Shown: one piece after another, positions 37,403 to 49,435 of the stretch
Position numbering within the stretch: position 1 is the first letter of the stretch
How the letters are laid out: each line of letters starts with the position of its first letter
Origin: Octopus sinensis
Lineage: Eukaryota
DNA length: 64,000 nt
Assembly (NCBI RefSeq): GCF_006345805.1
Contig: NC_042999.1
Coordinates: 80,166,001 to 80,230,000, forward strand
Direction of reading: 5' to 3'
Notes under the pieces: model-generated
What the model was told of the DNA's origin: nothing
Database searches by the model: none
Seen by the model: the letters and a program-made list of their open reading frames with translations, nothing else
Translations under genes and position numbers: made by a program

Positions 37403-37828
37403 ATGGCTAGCCACCAAAAATCCAACAAAAACTGGTCTGATAATGAAATCGACGTTCTTATCAACACATGGCATTGCCTTACCCAAACAGAGAGCATAGG
37501 AGTTTCGTGTCTGAACGAAATTGCTAAACGGACAGTTCACCTTTTGCAAACTCGATCTGAACAGCAGATACAAAATAAATTAAAACAACAACAACAACAA
37601 CAACAACTTCAGCAGCACCAACAACAACCTCAACAACAACCTCAGCGGCAACAACAAGAGTATGAACCACTTCTTGATTCATCTACAATGGCCGATGTGC
37701 TAAACGAAACGATTGACCCCCCCAGTCATCAGGGTCACGCAGCAGAAAGCACCACCCCTTCCTTTCACTGCCCCAGCAGCTCAATCATCATCACTGTTAA
37801 CATCATCTCCTCTGCTTACTACTACTAG
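37403..37828 (+). CDS. LINE polyprotein segment 1: Myb/SANT-like domain plus polyQ (frameshift at about 37710-37770)
   Basis: NWSDNEIDVLINTW...RSEQQIQNKLK fits the trihelix/Myb-SANT pattern W(S/T)xxExxxLIxxW...R(S/T)xxQxxxKxK. Confidence 0.65.
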   Translation: MASHQKSNKNWSDNEIDVLINTWHCLTQTESIGVSCLNEIAKRTVHLLQTRSEQQIQNKLKQQQQQQQLQQHQQQPQQQPQRQQQEYEPLLDSSTMADVLNETIDPPSHQGHAAESTTPSFHCPSSSIIITVNIISSAYYY

Positions 37829-37923
37829 TACTACACCCACTATCTATCCACAAACATCTTTGTCTACCGCTATATCATGGAATCCACCTCCTCAATCATC
37901 ATCACTGTCATCATCTCTTCTGC

Positions 37924-37983
<60 letters not shown>

Positions 37984-39230
37984 ATGCTATCTCAAGGAGT
38001 CTACCTCCTACAAGTCACAAAGTTCACCAAAACCGCAACAAACTATCATCTACACCTCTCACAACTCACACACGCACCTACACACCTACTCGAAACCCCA
38101 TCATTTGCCGATATTCTCTTCGCCATAAATTATGCACTGATAGCGACTGCAAATTCACCCATTTACCTGGAACAAAACGCTCTATTCCCACAAACTACAA
38201 CAGCCACCACCATAATACATACTCTATTACAACACCACCACAACCACCAATAACTCAAAGAAGGAATCCCCAAATCTGCCGTTATTCCCAGCGAGACAGA
38301 TTGTGTTTGCACAGGGATTGCCCCTTTACCCATCTCCCGGGAACTCGTCGGACAATTGATAATAAAAGTAAAAATAAAAACAAAAAAACCTACGACTCAT
38401 ATAGCAATAACCACTCATATAAAAATAACCACAACCACAGTCACCTACAGTTCCCTAGACAGGAAGCTTCTTCCTCTTTTTTAGCTATAATGAATCTAGC
38501 AAAAGAACTGGAAAAAAAACATCCGAGCTATCACCCACCACCATCCACCACTATCACCCCACTGCACATGCCATTAAAAAGCAATCAAATAAACAAAACA
38601 CCAAAACAATTAAAACTATCCACTCTCGCCTCAACATTTTTGCTTAATGCCCAAGGCATCAGCCCTTCCACCAATACTCAAAAATGGAAGATAAAATTCC
38701 TGGAGGACTCGGTCGATACCCATCCAAACCAGATCCATTTCTTCGTCCTCACTGAAACCCATCTTAGTAACCTCCACTTGGAAGCCGAGGTGAAAGTTAA
38801 AAATTTCAAAGCCATTCGTGCTGATTGTGCTGGCAGAAGAAAGGGTGGGACTGCCATTTATGTTCATGATACTTTCTCAACAGAGGCTATGAACATATTT
38901 TCCAATGGATACTGCGAAGCAGTCGCTGTATTCAGTCAAACCAACAACTTAACAGTAGTTGGGCTCTACAGACCACCCCAAACGCCCCTACCATGCTTCA
39001 AGGAATGCCTCAATAACATAAAGTGTTTCATTCAGCAGTATCAATCTGACAACATCTTAATGATGGGGGACTTCAATCTCCCTGGAGTTGACTGGTCTAC
39101 CGTCTGCCGCCAGGTTCTTCTGCCTCAACCCCTGACAGGGAGGCAGTGGAATCGCTTCATGATTTCATGGATTATTTTTTCCTGTCCCAACTGGTGCTCG
39201 AACCAACGAGATGTCACAAAAACGTCCTAG
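37713..39230 (+). CDS. LINE polyprotein segment 2: S/T-rich linker, two CCCH fingers, APE endonuclease (frameshift at about 39104)
   Basis: Cx8Cx4Cx3H at 38106-38162 and 38277-38333; APE motifs LLNAQG, LTETHL, GGTAIYV, YRPP, MGDFN. The listed start codon is not a real start. Confidence 0.85.
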
Positions 39231-41569
39231 ACTTAATTTTCAGCAATCACACTGACACTATCCACAATATTGCAGTGGAGAAAACTCTATTCTCTGATCA
39301 CGACATGGTTCTCTGTGATCTGAGATTTCACTGGCCAAAATGCAAAACAAACGCCATCCCTCCTGTCCATCCATTTGACACTATGGATTTCCACAACGCA
39401 AACTGGGAAGCGATCAGTAATGATCTTGCACAAGTCGATTGGTCCTTCACGCACACATACACACCCACTAACATCAAAAACGTCAATAAGTCCTGGCAGT
39501 CATTTGTAGACACCATTACGAACATATGTGCAAAACACACCCCTTTAAGATCTGCAAACAAATCTAAGTGCAGAATCCCCAGAAATAGAAAAACTCTCAT
39601 CAGGAAAATTAAAAGAATCAACAAAAAAATCAACAAGCTGAAATACTGCCAACAGCAACACACCAACCTGACTGCCATCACGTCACTAGAGATTAAAAAA
39701 CATAACCTCCAAAACAACATGATGTTTATCATCAATAGTCAGAGAAGAGCTGAAGAGGCCTGGGCCATTGAGAAGATCAAACTTAATCCCAAAGTGTTCT
39801 TCTCATTTGCAAAACAACACAAAGTTACTGGCTCTACTGTTGGCCCTCTGATTGATGAAAATGGTACTCTTCAAGACAATGCCAAAACCATGGGAGAGAT
39901 GTTGCAGAAACAATACTGCTCTGTTTTCAGCAATCATGATATGGCTGATCTGGGCTGTATCACTGATGTTACTCTCCAAAACACTTTATCGGACATAACC
40001 TTTGGCGCTCCTGATGTCTTAGCAGCAATAAAGGAAATGAAGCATAATTCAGCAGTAGGTCCCGATAGGTTCCCTGCTTGTGTCCAACTTGCACCCCCTC
40101 TAGCCAATCTGTGGCGGAACTCACTGGATGCTGGATATATACCAGAAAACCTTCTATCCCAGTCTGATGTCTCAGTTTTCAAAAAAGGAAACAAATCCCT
40201 TGCCGTGAATTACCGTCCAATCTCACTCACCTCTCATATCATTAAGGTATTTGAGAGTGGTGAGATCGCGTATGACTCACTCCTTGAGAGTCATAATATG
40301 CTGAACTCCAACCAGCATGGATTCCGTAATGGAAGAGATTGCCTGACACAGCTACTGCATCACTTCGATGAAATTTTGAGAGCCTTGGGAGAGGGTTCCA
40401 ACACTGATGTTATCTACCTTGATTTCAGCAAGGCCTTTGACAGGGTTGATCATAAGATCCTTTTGAGAAAGCTGTCCAATATTGGTGTCTCTGGAAAACT
40501 ACTGCAGTGGATCAAGTGCTTCCTGTCTAACAGAACCCAACATGTTGTAGTCGAAGGAGTCAAATCCAGCCCAGCCAAAGTCAGCAGTGGTGTCCCACAA
40601 GGCACTGTGTTGGGCCCACTTCTCTTCATCATCTACACTAATGACATCACTGACATCATCAAACACAGTAACATCAGAATCTTCGCTGATGATTCCAAGC
40701 TCCAGAAGGTCATCAATGGCGTGGATGACCGGATAAACCTTCAGTCAGACCTACTGGCTGTTGTCCAATGGGCGGAAAAGAACAACATGTTGCTAAACGA
40801 AGACAAATTCGAATTGATCCACTTTGGTAGGGAGGACGCTCTGAAACTCCCATGCTCCCTTCCTTCTGGTGAAACTCTCATGGCGTCTAACAACATCAGA
40901 GACTTGGGAGTAACTGTGGACAACAACATAAGCTGGGCTACACATATAAGCAGCAAAGTTGACATGGCCCGCAGAATGTGTTCCTGGATTCTCAGAACCT
41001 TCCAGTCGAGAGATTCCCACACCATTATTCTTCTCTTCTCCACTTTTGCCCGACCTCACCTTGAATACTGCTGTCCACTGTGGTTTCCCTACACGAAACG
41101 GAATATTATGAAAGTTGAAGCTCCCCAAATATCAATCACGAAAAAGATAGATGGCATGTCAGACCTCGACTACTGGGATCGACTGGAAAAGCTGAAACTG
41201 TATTCACTCCAACGACGCCGTGAACGCTACATTATCTGTATGATGTGGAAAATATTCCATCAGCACTGTCCAAATGATGTTGGTATCACCTTCAAAATAC
41301 ATCCAAGACTTGGACCCCGTGCCATCCGTCCACAACAAAAATCTCAATCGCATCTCATAACAACATTGCGGCACAATTATTTCACCTCAATTGGACCCGC
41401 CCTCTTCAACATTACACCAAGACACGTCAAAACAGAAACTGACCACACAAAATTCAAGAAGATTTTGGACAAATTCCTTCAAACAGTCCCGGACAAACCA
41501 CCCACACCCAGATATGTCTCCGCAAACAATAACTCTCTGCTCGAATGGGCCTTGGTGCCCAAATCCTGA
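39146..41569 (+). CDS. LINE polyprotein segment 3: APE end plus reverse transcriptase
   Basis: NYRPISLTS, QHGFR, YLDFSKAFDRVDH, SGVPQGTVLGPLLFIIY, FADD, RDLGV, RPHLEY, SLQRRRER. Confidence 0.95.
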   Translation: MESLHDFMDYFFLSQLVLEPTRCHKNVLDLIFSNHTDTIHNIAVEKTLFSDHDMVLCDLRFHWPKCKTNAIPPVHPFDTMDFHNANWEAISNDLAQVDWSFTHTYTPTNIKNVNKSWQSFVDTITNICAKHTPLRSANKSKCRIPRNRKTLIRKIKRINKKINKLKYCQQQHTNLTAITSLEIKKHNLQNNMMFIINSQRRAEEAWAIEKIKLNPKVFFSFAKQHKVTGSTVGPLIDENGTLQDNAKTMGEMLQKQYCSVFSNHDMADLGCITDVTLQNTLSDITFGAPDVLAAIKEMKHNSAVGPDRFPACVQLAPPLANLWRNSLDAGYIPENLLSQSDVSVFKKGNKSLAVNYRPISLTSHIIKVFESGEIAYDSLLESHNMLNSNQHGFRNGRDCLTQLLHHFDEILRALGEGSNTDVIYLDFSKAFDRVDHKILLRKLSNIGVSGKLLQWIKCFLSNRTQHVVVEGVKSSPAKVSSGVPQGTVLGPLLFIIYTNDITDIIKHSNIRIFADDSKLQKVINGVDDRINLQSDLLAVVQWAEKNNMLLNEDKFELIHFGREDALKLPCSLPSGETLMASNNIRDLGVTVDNNISWATHISSKVDMARRMCSWILRTFQSRDSHTIILLFSTFARPHLEYCCPLWFPYTKRNIMKVEAPQISITKKIDGMSDLDYWDRLEKLKLYSLQRRRERYIICMMWKIFHQHCPNDVGITFKIHPRLGPRAIRPQQKSQSHLITTLRHNYFTSIGPALFNITPRHVKTETDHTKFKKILDKFLQTVPDKPPTPRYVSANNNSLLEWALVPKS

Positions 41570-41667
41570 ATTGAAAGACTTCACCAGGTGGTGCTATTAA
41601 GTTAGACAAGGCCTGGGCCAATACTGGCCAAAACCTTTCTAAGTTATTCTAAGTTATATATATATTT

Positions 41668-41952
41668 ATTTACTGCATTACATGCAACCTATGCGGGATG
41701 CTGTATGTAGGACAGACGGGACGCCGGTTGTCCGACCGATTCACAGAACATTTGAGGGACGTTCGCCTACACTCTTTTTCTCCCGTCGCACGCCACTTCC
41801 GCTCGGCCGGCCATTCCCTAGATGACATCTCAGTGTTTGGTCTCGCCCCCCACAATGGTCACCCACTTTCCAGGCTCCACTTGGAGCAACGCTACATCTT
41901 CACCCTACAAACTACTACCCCACACGGACTTAACACAGCCCCCTCCTCTTGA
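41668..41952 (+). pseudogene. GIY-YIG endonuclease fragment of a Penelope-like element
   Basis: IYCITCNLCGMLYVGQTGRRLSDRFTEH...VARHF...RLHLEQRYIFTLQTTTPHGLN. Confidence 0.92.
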
Positions 41953-41989
41953 GGTCCTCTTCTTCTTCCCCTTTTTTTTCCGGATACAC

Positions 41990-44620
41990 CCCCCCACACA
42001 CCTACCTACCTCCCACACGCCTGTTCACACACACATACGTATACACATCTACGTACATACATTCACACATTTAATCACACACACTTATAGACATACATGC
42101 ACACACTAACATACAAACCAACATGCACATACATACACACATACATACATACACACACACATACATACTTACACACACACACACACACACAGACATACAT
42201 ACACACATACATACACACATACATACACACATACATACACACACACTCACACACACATCGCACATACATACTTCACACACACACACATGCACACATACAT
42301 GTAGGCACGCACACATACATACATACATACCCACACATGCACACCTTTACACGAATGCACACACACATACACCTATTTGCATCCAGGCAGCCCCCCTTCT
42401 TTTCTGCTTTCCGGTTTTGGCTGATGGATCCTCGGTTCCCGCAGAGCGGGTCGTTCGAGGGCCTTTGCGCTCGCGCGCCTTGGCGCGTGCTGGGGGCTTG
42501 GTCGGCCCCATGGGCTTGCGTTGTATTGTTTGTGTGTTGTGTGCGTGAGCGCGCTTCGTGTGTGTGGGCTTGCTTCGGGTGTGTGCGTGTGTATGTATAC
42601 ATACATACCCACACACACGCATGCATCCCTACCCACATACATACACGCACACCTACTCACACACACACATACACACACACACACATACCCGCACACACAC
42701 ACACATACATACACACACATACCTACTTCAGACATACACACACACAGACATACACCCATACACTCACACTCACACGCATACACACACACACATACACACG
42801 CACACGTACACATACACACACACACCTACATACATACATTACACTTGTACACACACACACCTACACAGGCATACCCTCACTCAGACACACACACCTACCT
42901 ACACACACACACAAACACACAGACACACACCCATACATACATACATCTACACACACACGCCTACACACATACATACACACATACATAAACACACACACAT
43001 ACACATACACACATACATACACACACACATACATACTTACACACACACACACCACACACATACATACATACACCCATACACATACACACATACCTACATA
43101 CTCCTATACGCACATACATACACACAGACATACACACATACACACTCACACAAACATACACACACATACTTACACACACACTCGCCTGCACGCGCACACA
43201 CATGCATGACAAACACCCATACACTCACACTCACATACGCACACACCAACATAAACACGCACACACACACACCTACACTCTCACACACATACATACGCAT
43301 CTACATACACACACGCACGCATACACACGCACACACACGCATACACACATACATTACACACGTACACACACACCTACATACACATGCATACACACACACA
43401 CACAAACATGCACGGACACACCCAGACATACATACATACACCTATACACACACGCCCACACACCTACATACACACACATACACGGACACACCCATACATA
43501 CTTACATACATACACCTATACACACACGCCTACACACCTACATACACACACATGCATACACACACACACATGTACGCACATACACACACATATACGCACA
43601 TACATATATACCCACACACATGCACACACACACATACGCACATGCATGCATGCATGCACACGCGCACACCTACACGCATACATGCATACATGCATACACA
43701 CACACACACGCACGTACACATGCATACACACACACATACAATCACCCATACACATACATGCATCCTACACACACATACATACACACTCACACATACATAC
43801 ACACACACACACTCACTCACACACCTGCATGTACGCGCACACACATGCACATACACACACTTCCACACACACACACGTACATACATACACACTCATACAC
43901 ATACACACACACACACACACGGACATACACCTATGCACACACATATATACACACATACTTACATACATTCATCGGACACACTGACACCCAGACATACACA
44001 CAGACACATTCACACATCCACACACACACATACTTACACACACACTCGCAGGCGCGCGCACACACGCGCTTGCGCCGGCTCGCGCACGCATACGCGCATG
44101 CATGCACCTCGCTCTTGGACCCGACGAGATCTCCGGCTCGTTTCTGGGGCCGTCGTCTGTCGTTGGGTTCTCCCACGCCCGTCTCCGCGGGACCACTCTT
44201 CCATCTTCCCCTCAGCTGGAGTCCTTTTTCCTTATAACCCCCCCTTTTTTGTACACACACGCGCACACATACATACACCCACTCACACACACACATTTGC
44301 TTAAATATATACATTACTCTTACACACACTTCAAATCTACTCGCCATACATACAACTACGACACTGGACACACACACACTACCACTCAACACACACACTG
44401 GCACGTTACATACGCCCCCACCCCTTCCCCTCCCTCCCTCCCTTCCTCATTCCTTAATTTTTTTACTACTGACCACTGTCTGCTATGCCTACTACTGTCT
44501 CGCCCTACCTCACACGCCTACACACAGACGCACACACTAACATATACATATATTTTTTGTTTTTTTATCTCGCCTCACACACACATACACACACGCACAC
44601 GCACACACTCACACATACAC
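41990..44620. repeat. Cryptic (CA/TACA)-rich simple repeat
   Basis: Scrambled CA, TACA and CACG units; source of the long His/Thr/Tyr ORFs in the track. Confidence 0.9.
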
Positions 44621-44800
44621 ACACATCTGTTGCGTTACCAACCCTGTCTCCACTCTTTTGGCTTTAAAAACCTACTTTGCTCTTGTTATCGTAAACTTCC
44701 GCCTTTCACCATGTGTACTTCGTAAACACCAGTCGTTTTTTTTTTTCTCCCTCTGTTTGCCCACCTCGGGATCTTTCTTTCCTCTCTCTTCCATCTTTAT

Positions 44801-44835
44801 GTTTCCGACGAAGAGCTCCGCTCGAAACGTCATAC
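44801..44835 (+). ncRNA. Degenerate minimal hammerhead motif
   Basis: gttt-CcGACGA-a-gagc/tcc/gctc-GAAA-C-GTC-atac; U4-to-C change and one stem I mismatch. Confidence 0.55.
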
Positions 44836-44933
44836 CTTCCTGCTTCCATCTTTCCTGAGCGCCTATTAATAATAATACTGTAATTGTTCCACGTGTTGTT
44901 GTTTTTTCTGTTTTCCCGTTTGGATTAAAATTA

Positions 44934-45004
<71 letters not shown>

Positions 45005-45008
<4 letters not shown>

Positions 45009-45199
45009 GTCTGTTTCTGTATTTACCCCACCACCACCATCACTTGGTGTGTTCACGTCCTCGAAACTTAGCGGTTTGGCAAAATAGAACGATAGAATAA
45101 GTATCAGGCTTACAGAAAATAAGTCCCGGTGTCGATTTCTTTGATTAAAGGCTCCAACATGGCCACAGTCAAATTACTGAAACAAGTAAAAGAATAAAA
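45005..45199 (+). mobile_element. SINE family B 3' half
   Basis: ttggtgtgttcacgtcc...gatagaataagta...ctccaacatggccacagtcaaattactgaaacaag. Confidence 0.8.
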
Positions 45200-45231
45200 T
45201 ATACACACATATATATATATATATATACACA

Positions 45232-45616
45232 TGTGGAGGCACAATGGCCCAGTGGTTAGGGCAGCGGACTCGCGGTCATAGGATCGCGGTTTCGATTCCC
45301 AGACCGGGCGTTGTGAGTGTTTATTGAGCGAAAACACCTAAAGCTCCACGAGTCTCCGGCAGGGGATGGTGGTGATCCCTGCTGTACTCTTTCACCACAA
45401 CTTTCTCTCACTCTTACTTCCTGTTTCTGTTGTACCTGTATTTCAAAGGGCCGGCCTTGTCACTCTCTGTGTCACGCTGAATATCCCCGAGAACTACGTT
45501 AAGGGTGCACGTGTCTGTGGAGTGCTGAGCCACTTGCATGTTAATTTCATGAGCAGGCTGTTCCGTTGATTCGGATCAACCGGAACCCTCATCGTCGTAA
45601 CCGACGGAGTGCTTCC
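45232..45616 (+). mobile_element. tRNA-derived SINE, head H2 + tail T1
   Basis: A box tggcccagtggttagg, B box ggtttcgattccc; tail same as 3840-4020. Confidence 0.88.
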
Positions 45617-45664
45617 ATCCATCCATATACACATACACGCACACACACATATACATGCATACAT

Positions 45665-45713
<49 letters not shown>

Positions 45714-45719
45714 TTATGA

Positions 45720-46090
45720 GAGGTAATAAGACCCAAAGGTGTCAGGTAATGCTGAGTACGTACTATGGACAGACTATAGTTAAGCTCCTCGATTCAATAA
45801 CACCGTTTACAAACTCTATGCTTCGAATGACCAATTTTAAATACTATTTGAACTTATATATATATATATACCATTCTGCCTAAATAATGGAACTACAGAT
45901 ACAATATCCCTGCATATCTTACGTCTATTTCCATTCCTCCACTTCACTCTCTATTTCATATCTTATGTAGAATAACTATTGCTTAACCATCTCCTCTGAT
46001 GAAGGGATATATAAAATATCCTGGAAACAGCTGTAAGACCTATTTATAAATGTTCAGAAATCTTCTACAGCCTCGGATTTTTATCTCATT
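45720..46090 (+). mobile_element. Probable Penelope-like terminal-repeat remnant
   Basis: Hammerhead-bearing segment between (TA)n and (CA)n tracts. Confidence 0.5.
45992..46039 (+). ncRNA. Minimal type I hammerhead ribozyme motif
   Basis: ct-CTGATGA-a-gggatat/ataaa/atatcct-g-GAAA-cagctg (palindrome)-TA-ag; GUA triplet. Confidence 0.7.
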
Positions 46091-46161
46091 CTGTTAATTT
46101 TATACACACACACATACATACACACACACATATATACATACATACACACATACATATATGA

Positions 46162-46199
<38 letters not shown>

Positions 46200-46318
46200 A
46201 CATTGGCCTGCTCGCTTAGCCAGCGGGGTGGCGTCATTCGAAGGCTAAAACAGTGCGAAATGCATTGTGACTAGCGATGTGTAGCAACCTCTGATAGCCT
46301 GGTCGGTCACGGGGAGAT

Positions 46319-46360
<42 letters not shown>

Positions 46361-46874
46361 GCAGATAGATGTGTGTGTATGATAGTATTTCTCACTAGTT
46401 ATGAATAAGTACTAAATAGATAAGTATTATGACTCATGAACATTTAAGTTTCTTCTCAGTGTTTTATTGGATGGCTTTGGATAAAAATCGAAATCACAAG
46501 GTTTTGTTATTTAGACTTTATCAAATTTATAAAGATTTACTTCCCACCTCTTTTTCTTAATTCAGCGATGATAGTAGCAGGAGGTTACTCATTAAAATGT
46601 AATAAAAAAAAGAGAAACCAAAAGCAAGAAACAAAAAGCAAGAAACAAAAAGCAAAAAAAGCAAATAGAGAATACAAAAGAAAAATAAATTTGTGATTGG
46701 CACACTTTCTTGACACAATGGTTGACGTTTTTGTTTACATTCTAATAAGTAGCATGCTGTTTGACAAAGTATCAATCAACAAAGCCGGGAGTTACAGCGA
46801 ATGAGAAAGAAAAAAAGAAAAAGAAAAAAGGAAGAAATAGCTTCATATTAAATACGGAGAAATTATTGGAGCAA

Positions 46875-46935
<61 letters not shown>

Positions 46936-46974
46936 TAATGATAATAATAATTATAATAATAATAATAATAATAA

Positions 46975-47195
46975 TTTCTAGAAAAGGCACAAAGCCTGAA
47001 ATTTGGGGATAAGTGGCGGATGAGTCGTTTACATCGACCTAAGTGCATAACTGGTACTTATTTCATCGACCTCGAAAGGGTGAAAGGCAAAGCCGCCTTT
47101 GGCGGAATTTTGAAATCAGAACGTAAGACGGACGGACGTAAGAACGGCTAAACATTTTGCCAGGAGTGCAGCAATTCTACCAGGTCACTACCTTG
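46975..47195 (-). mobile_element. SINE family A (old) between (AAT)n tracts
   Basis: ggcacaaagcctgaaattt...ggcggaatttt...caattctaccag. Confidence 0.75.
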
Positions 47196-47232
47196 ATGAT
47201 GATGATAATAATAATAATAATAAATAATAATA

Positions 47233-47264
<32 letters not shown>

Positions 47265-47269
47265 TAATA

Positions 47270-47745
47270 ATCTTGGTATAAAAGACGTCTTACAGCAAAT
47301 ATTCTGCTCAAAACCACAGATTTGCTTGTCAGTTGTTTGACCTTAAGCAGTTGAGCATGTTACTTAGTGGCTGACAATATGTGCATCTCTGATCACGAGC
47401 AGAAATAGTGGGGGAGCATCATAGCCGTGTATTGAGAGGGATCCTTTGGGGTTTTAATAATTCACTTCTGAAAACATAGGTGTTTCGTTCAACAACCTTA
47501 AACAACCCTTATTCAGGGCCCCTTTGAACGAGATGGGTTACTCGACCTGAAGAAAATTCTAACTGGGCCCCATCTGCAAGGTCATGCGCTGATTATCTTG
47601 ATATGAGATCACCATGTCGCGCACATATGGTTGTGATGCCTGTGCCTAGTGTACCCTTATCAGACGGGTAGTTATAATGGGTATACTGGACTTCGTATAT
47701 TTTACCCCAGTGTCACTTTGATGGCATGCGCTGCTCTCTTACTCA
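47270..47745. repeat. Interspersed repeat abutting (AAT)n, probably a LINE UTR
   Basis: 47590-47745 recurs inverted at 50291-50450 with the same (AAT)n boundary. Confidence 0.65.
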
Positions 47746-47798
47746 ATAATAATAGTAATAATAATAACAATGATGAAAATGATAACAACAACAACAAC

Positions 47799-47859
<61 letters not shown>

Positions 47860-47861
<2 letters not shown>

Positions 47862-48045
47862 CCTTTCTACTATCGGCACAAGGCCTGAAATTTGGGGAGC
47901 AGTGACAAATCGATGACATCGAGCCCAGTGCTCGACTGGTACTTAATTTATCGACCCCGGAAGCATGAAAGGCAAAGTCGACCTCGGCAGAATTTGAACT
48001 CAGAACGTAGCGACGGCCAAAATACCGCTAAGCATTTTGCCCGGT
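47860..48045 (-). mobile_element. SINE family A (old)
   Basis: ggcacaaggcctgaaattt...gtcgacctcggcagaatttgaactcagaacgtag. Confidence 0.8.
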
Positions 48046-48092
<47 letters not shown>

Positions 48093-48214
48093 GGTTTCAA
48101 CACAAATTTTAGCCCAAGGCCAGCAATTTTGGGGAGGAATAAGTCGATTAGCTGGACCCCTGTGTCCAGTTGGTGCTTATTTTATCGACCCCAAAAGGAT
48201 GAAAAGTTAAATCA

Positions 48215-48445
48215 CATGTGTAGTAATCGTTCTTACATCGACAACACTCTTTTCAAGACGTGTGAAGTACCAGTTAAAGCATTTCTTGCAGGGGTGGTTA
48301 GCCAGGGATCATTCTCAAATAATTTTGAGTTCCTTTTTAAATCATTCCTAGTGCTCCTACAGTCACTAGTATTGTAACCGTTTTGAGATGTTTTCAAGTT
48401 TAATGAGTAAATCTTCATATTTTCTGAGTTTATCAAATATTTTTG
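48215..48445 (-). mobile_element. R4/Dong-like RLE element C-terminal remnant
   Basis: ...ALTGTSHVLKRVLSM* resembles the R4-clade terminus ALLGTAHILRKTLS. Confidence 0.55.
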
Positions 48446-49194
48446 CTGAGATCACAACAAATATTCATGTCAATAATAATAATAATAATTTCAAATTTAT
48501 GCACAATATCAGCAATTTCGGGGAGGGATAAGTCAATTACATCAACCCCAGTGTTCGACCAGTTCGGTTTGGATACCGAAAGGATGAAAGGCAAAGTTGT
48601 TAAGAATAAGAAGAGAAAAGATTTCGGGCGCAATATAATTTGATTCAATCTGCCATTTAATATCAGCCTATGAACATACGTAACTTGAAACGTCTTAATG
48701 GAACATACGTAACTTGAACATACGTAACTTGAAATGTCTTAATGGAAAGAAAGAAACATCTTTCTCAATCCCCTGGTTTCTATAAGAAAACTGAGGGGCC
48801 TCTCGTTTCTCGAGTGACCTATTATAAACAGCTGCTAGATATCCCTCCAAATCATGTAGGTAATGTAGATTCACATGAATGATTCTGCAAACAATGGTGA
48901 TCATAATGAATATGATGATGGCTTATAATCTATGTGTATGCTTACATACATACATACATACTTACATATAGATGTGGACCGAAGAAAAAAAACGGTAGAG
49001 CATTAAGACCACGTGGCACCTAGAATTTCTCTTGAATTTATCGCAAATCCCTTACTCATCTCCTGATATCTGACAAGATGGGCGTGTCCCCGAGACTTTA
49101 AGTCATATGGAGCTGAGTTAAACACTTATTAAATTGCATGTAACTCTTACCAACTGTTTTGAGTTCTACTTTCTTTCGTTTGCCCACTCAGTTG

Positions 49195-49286
<92 letters not shown>

Positions 49287-49292
49287 CATCTA

Positions 49293-49375
<83 letters not shown>

Positions 49376-49376
49376 G

Positions 49377-49433
<57 letters not shown>

Positions 49434-49435
49434 TT
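49195..49435. repeat. (TATC)n microsatellite
   Basis: Direct inspection. Confidence 0.95.

Larger units (their letters stand above)
36907..41656 (+). mobile_element. Near full-length CR1/L2-group LINE (about 4.75 kb) in a (TA)n tract
   Basis: 5' UTR, N-terminal region, APE, RT (FADD), CR1-like C-terminus, short 3' UTR ending ttctaagtta x2; TA runs on both sides. Confidence 0.92.
41657..44935 (+). mobile_element. 5'-truncated Penelope-like element with very long 3' region
   Basis: GIY-YIG C-terminus, 2.6 kb CA-rich tract with GC islands, hammerhead motif, T-rich tail, then (TA)n. Treating all of this as one element is inferred. Confidence 0.7.

Noticed and set aside
42097-44237. 370-559 aa His/Thr/Tyr-rich ORFs
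   Set aside because: CA-type repeats cannot easily form stop codons on this strand; these are compositional artefacts. The same applies to the IY, LSIY, polyV and polyN ORFs elsewhere.
48671-48746. Three copies of gaacatacgtaactt
   Set aside because: Short local slippage duplication with no further structure.
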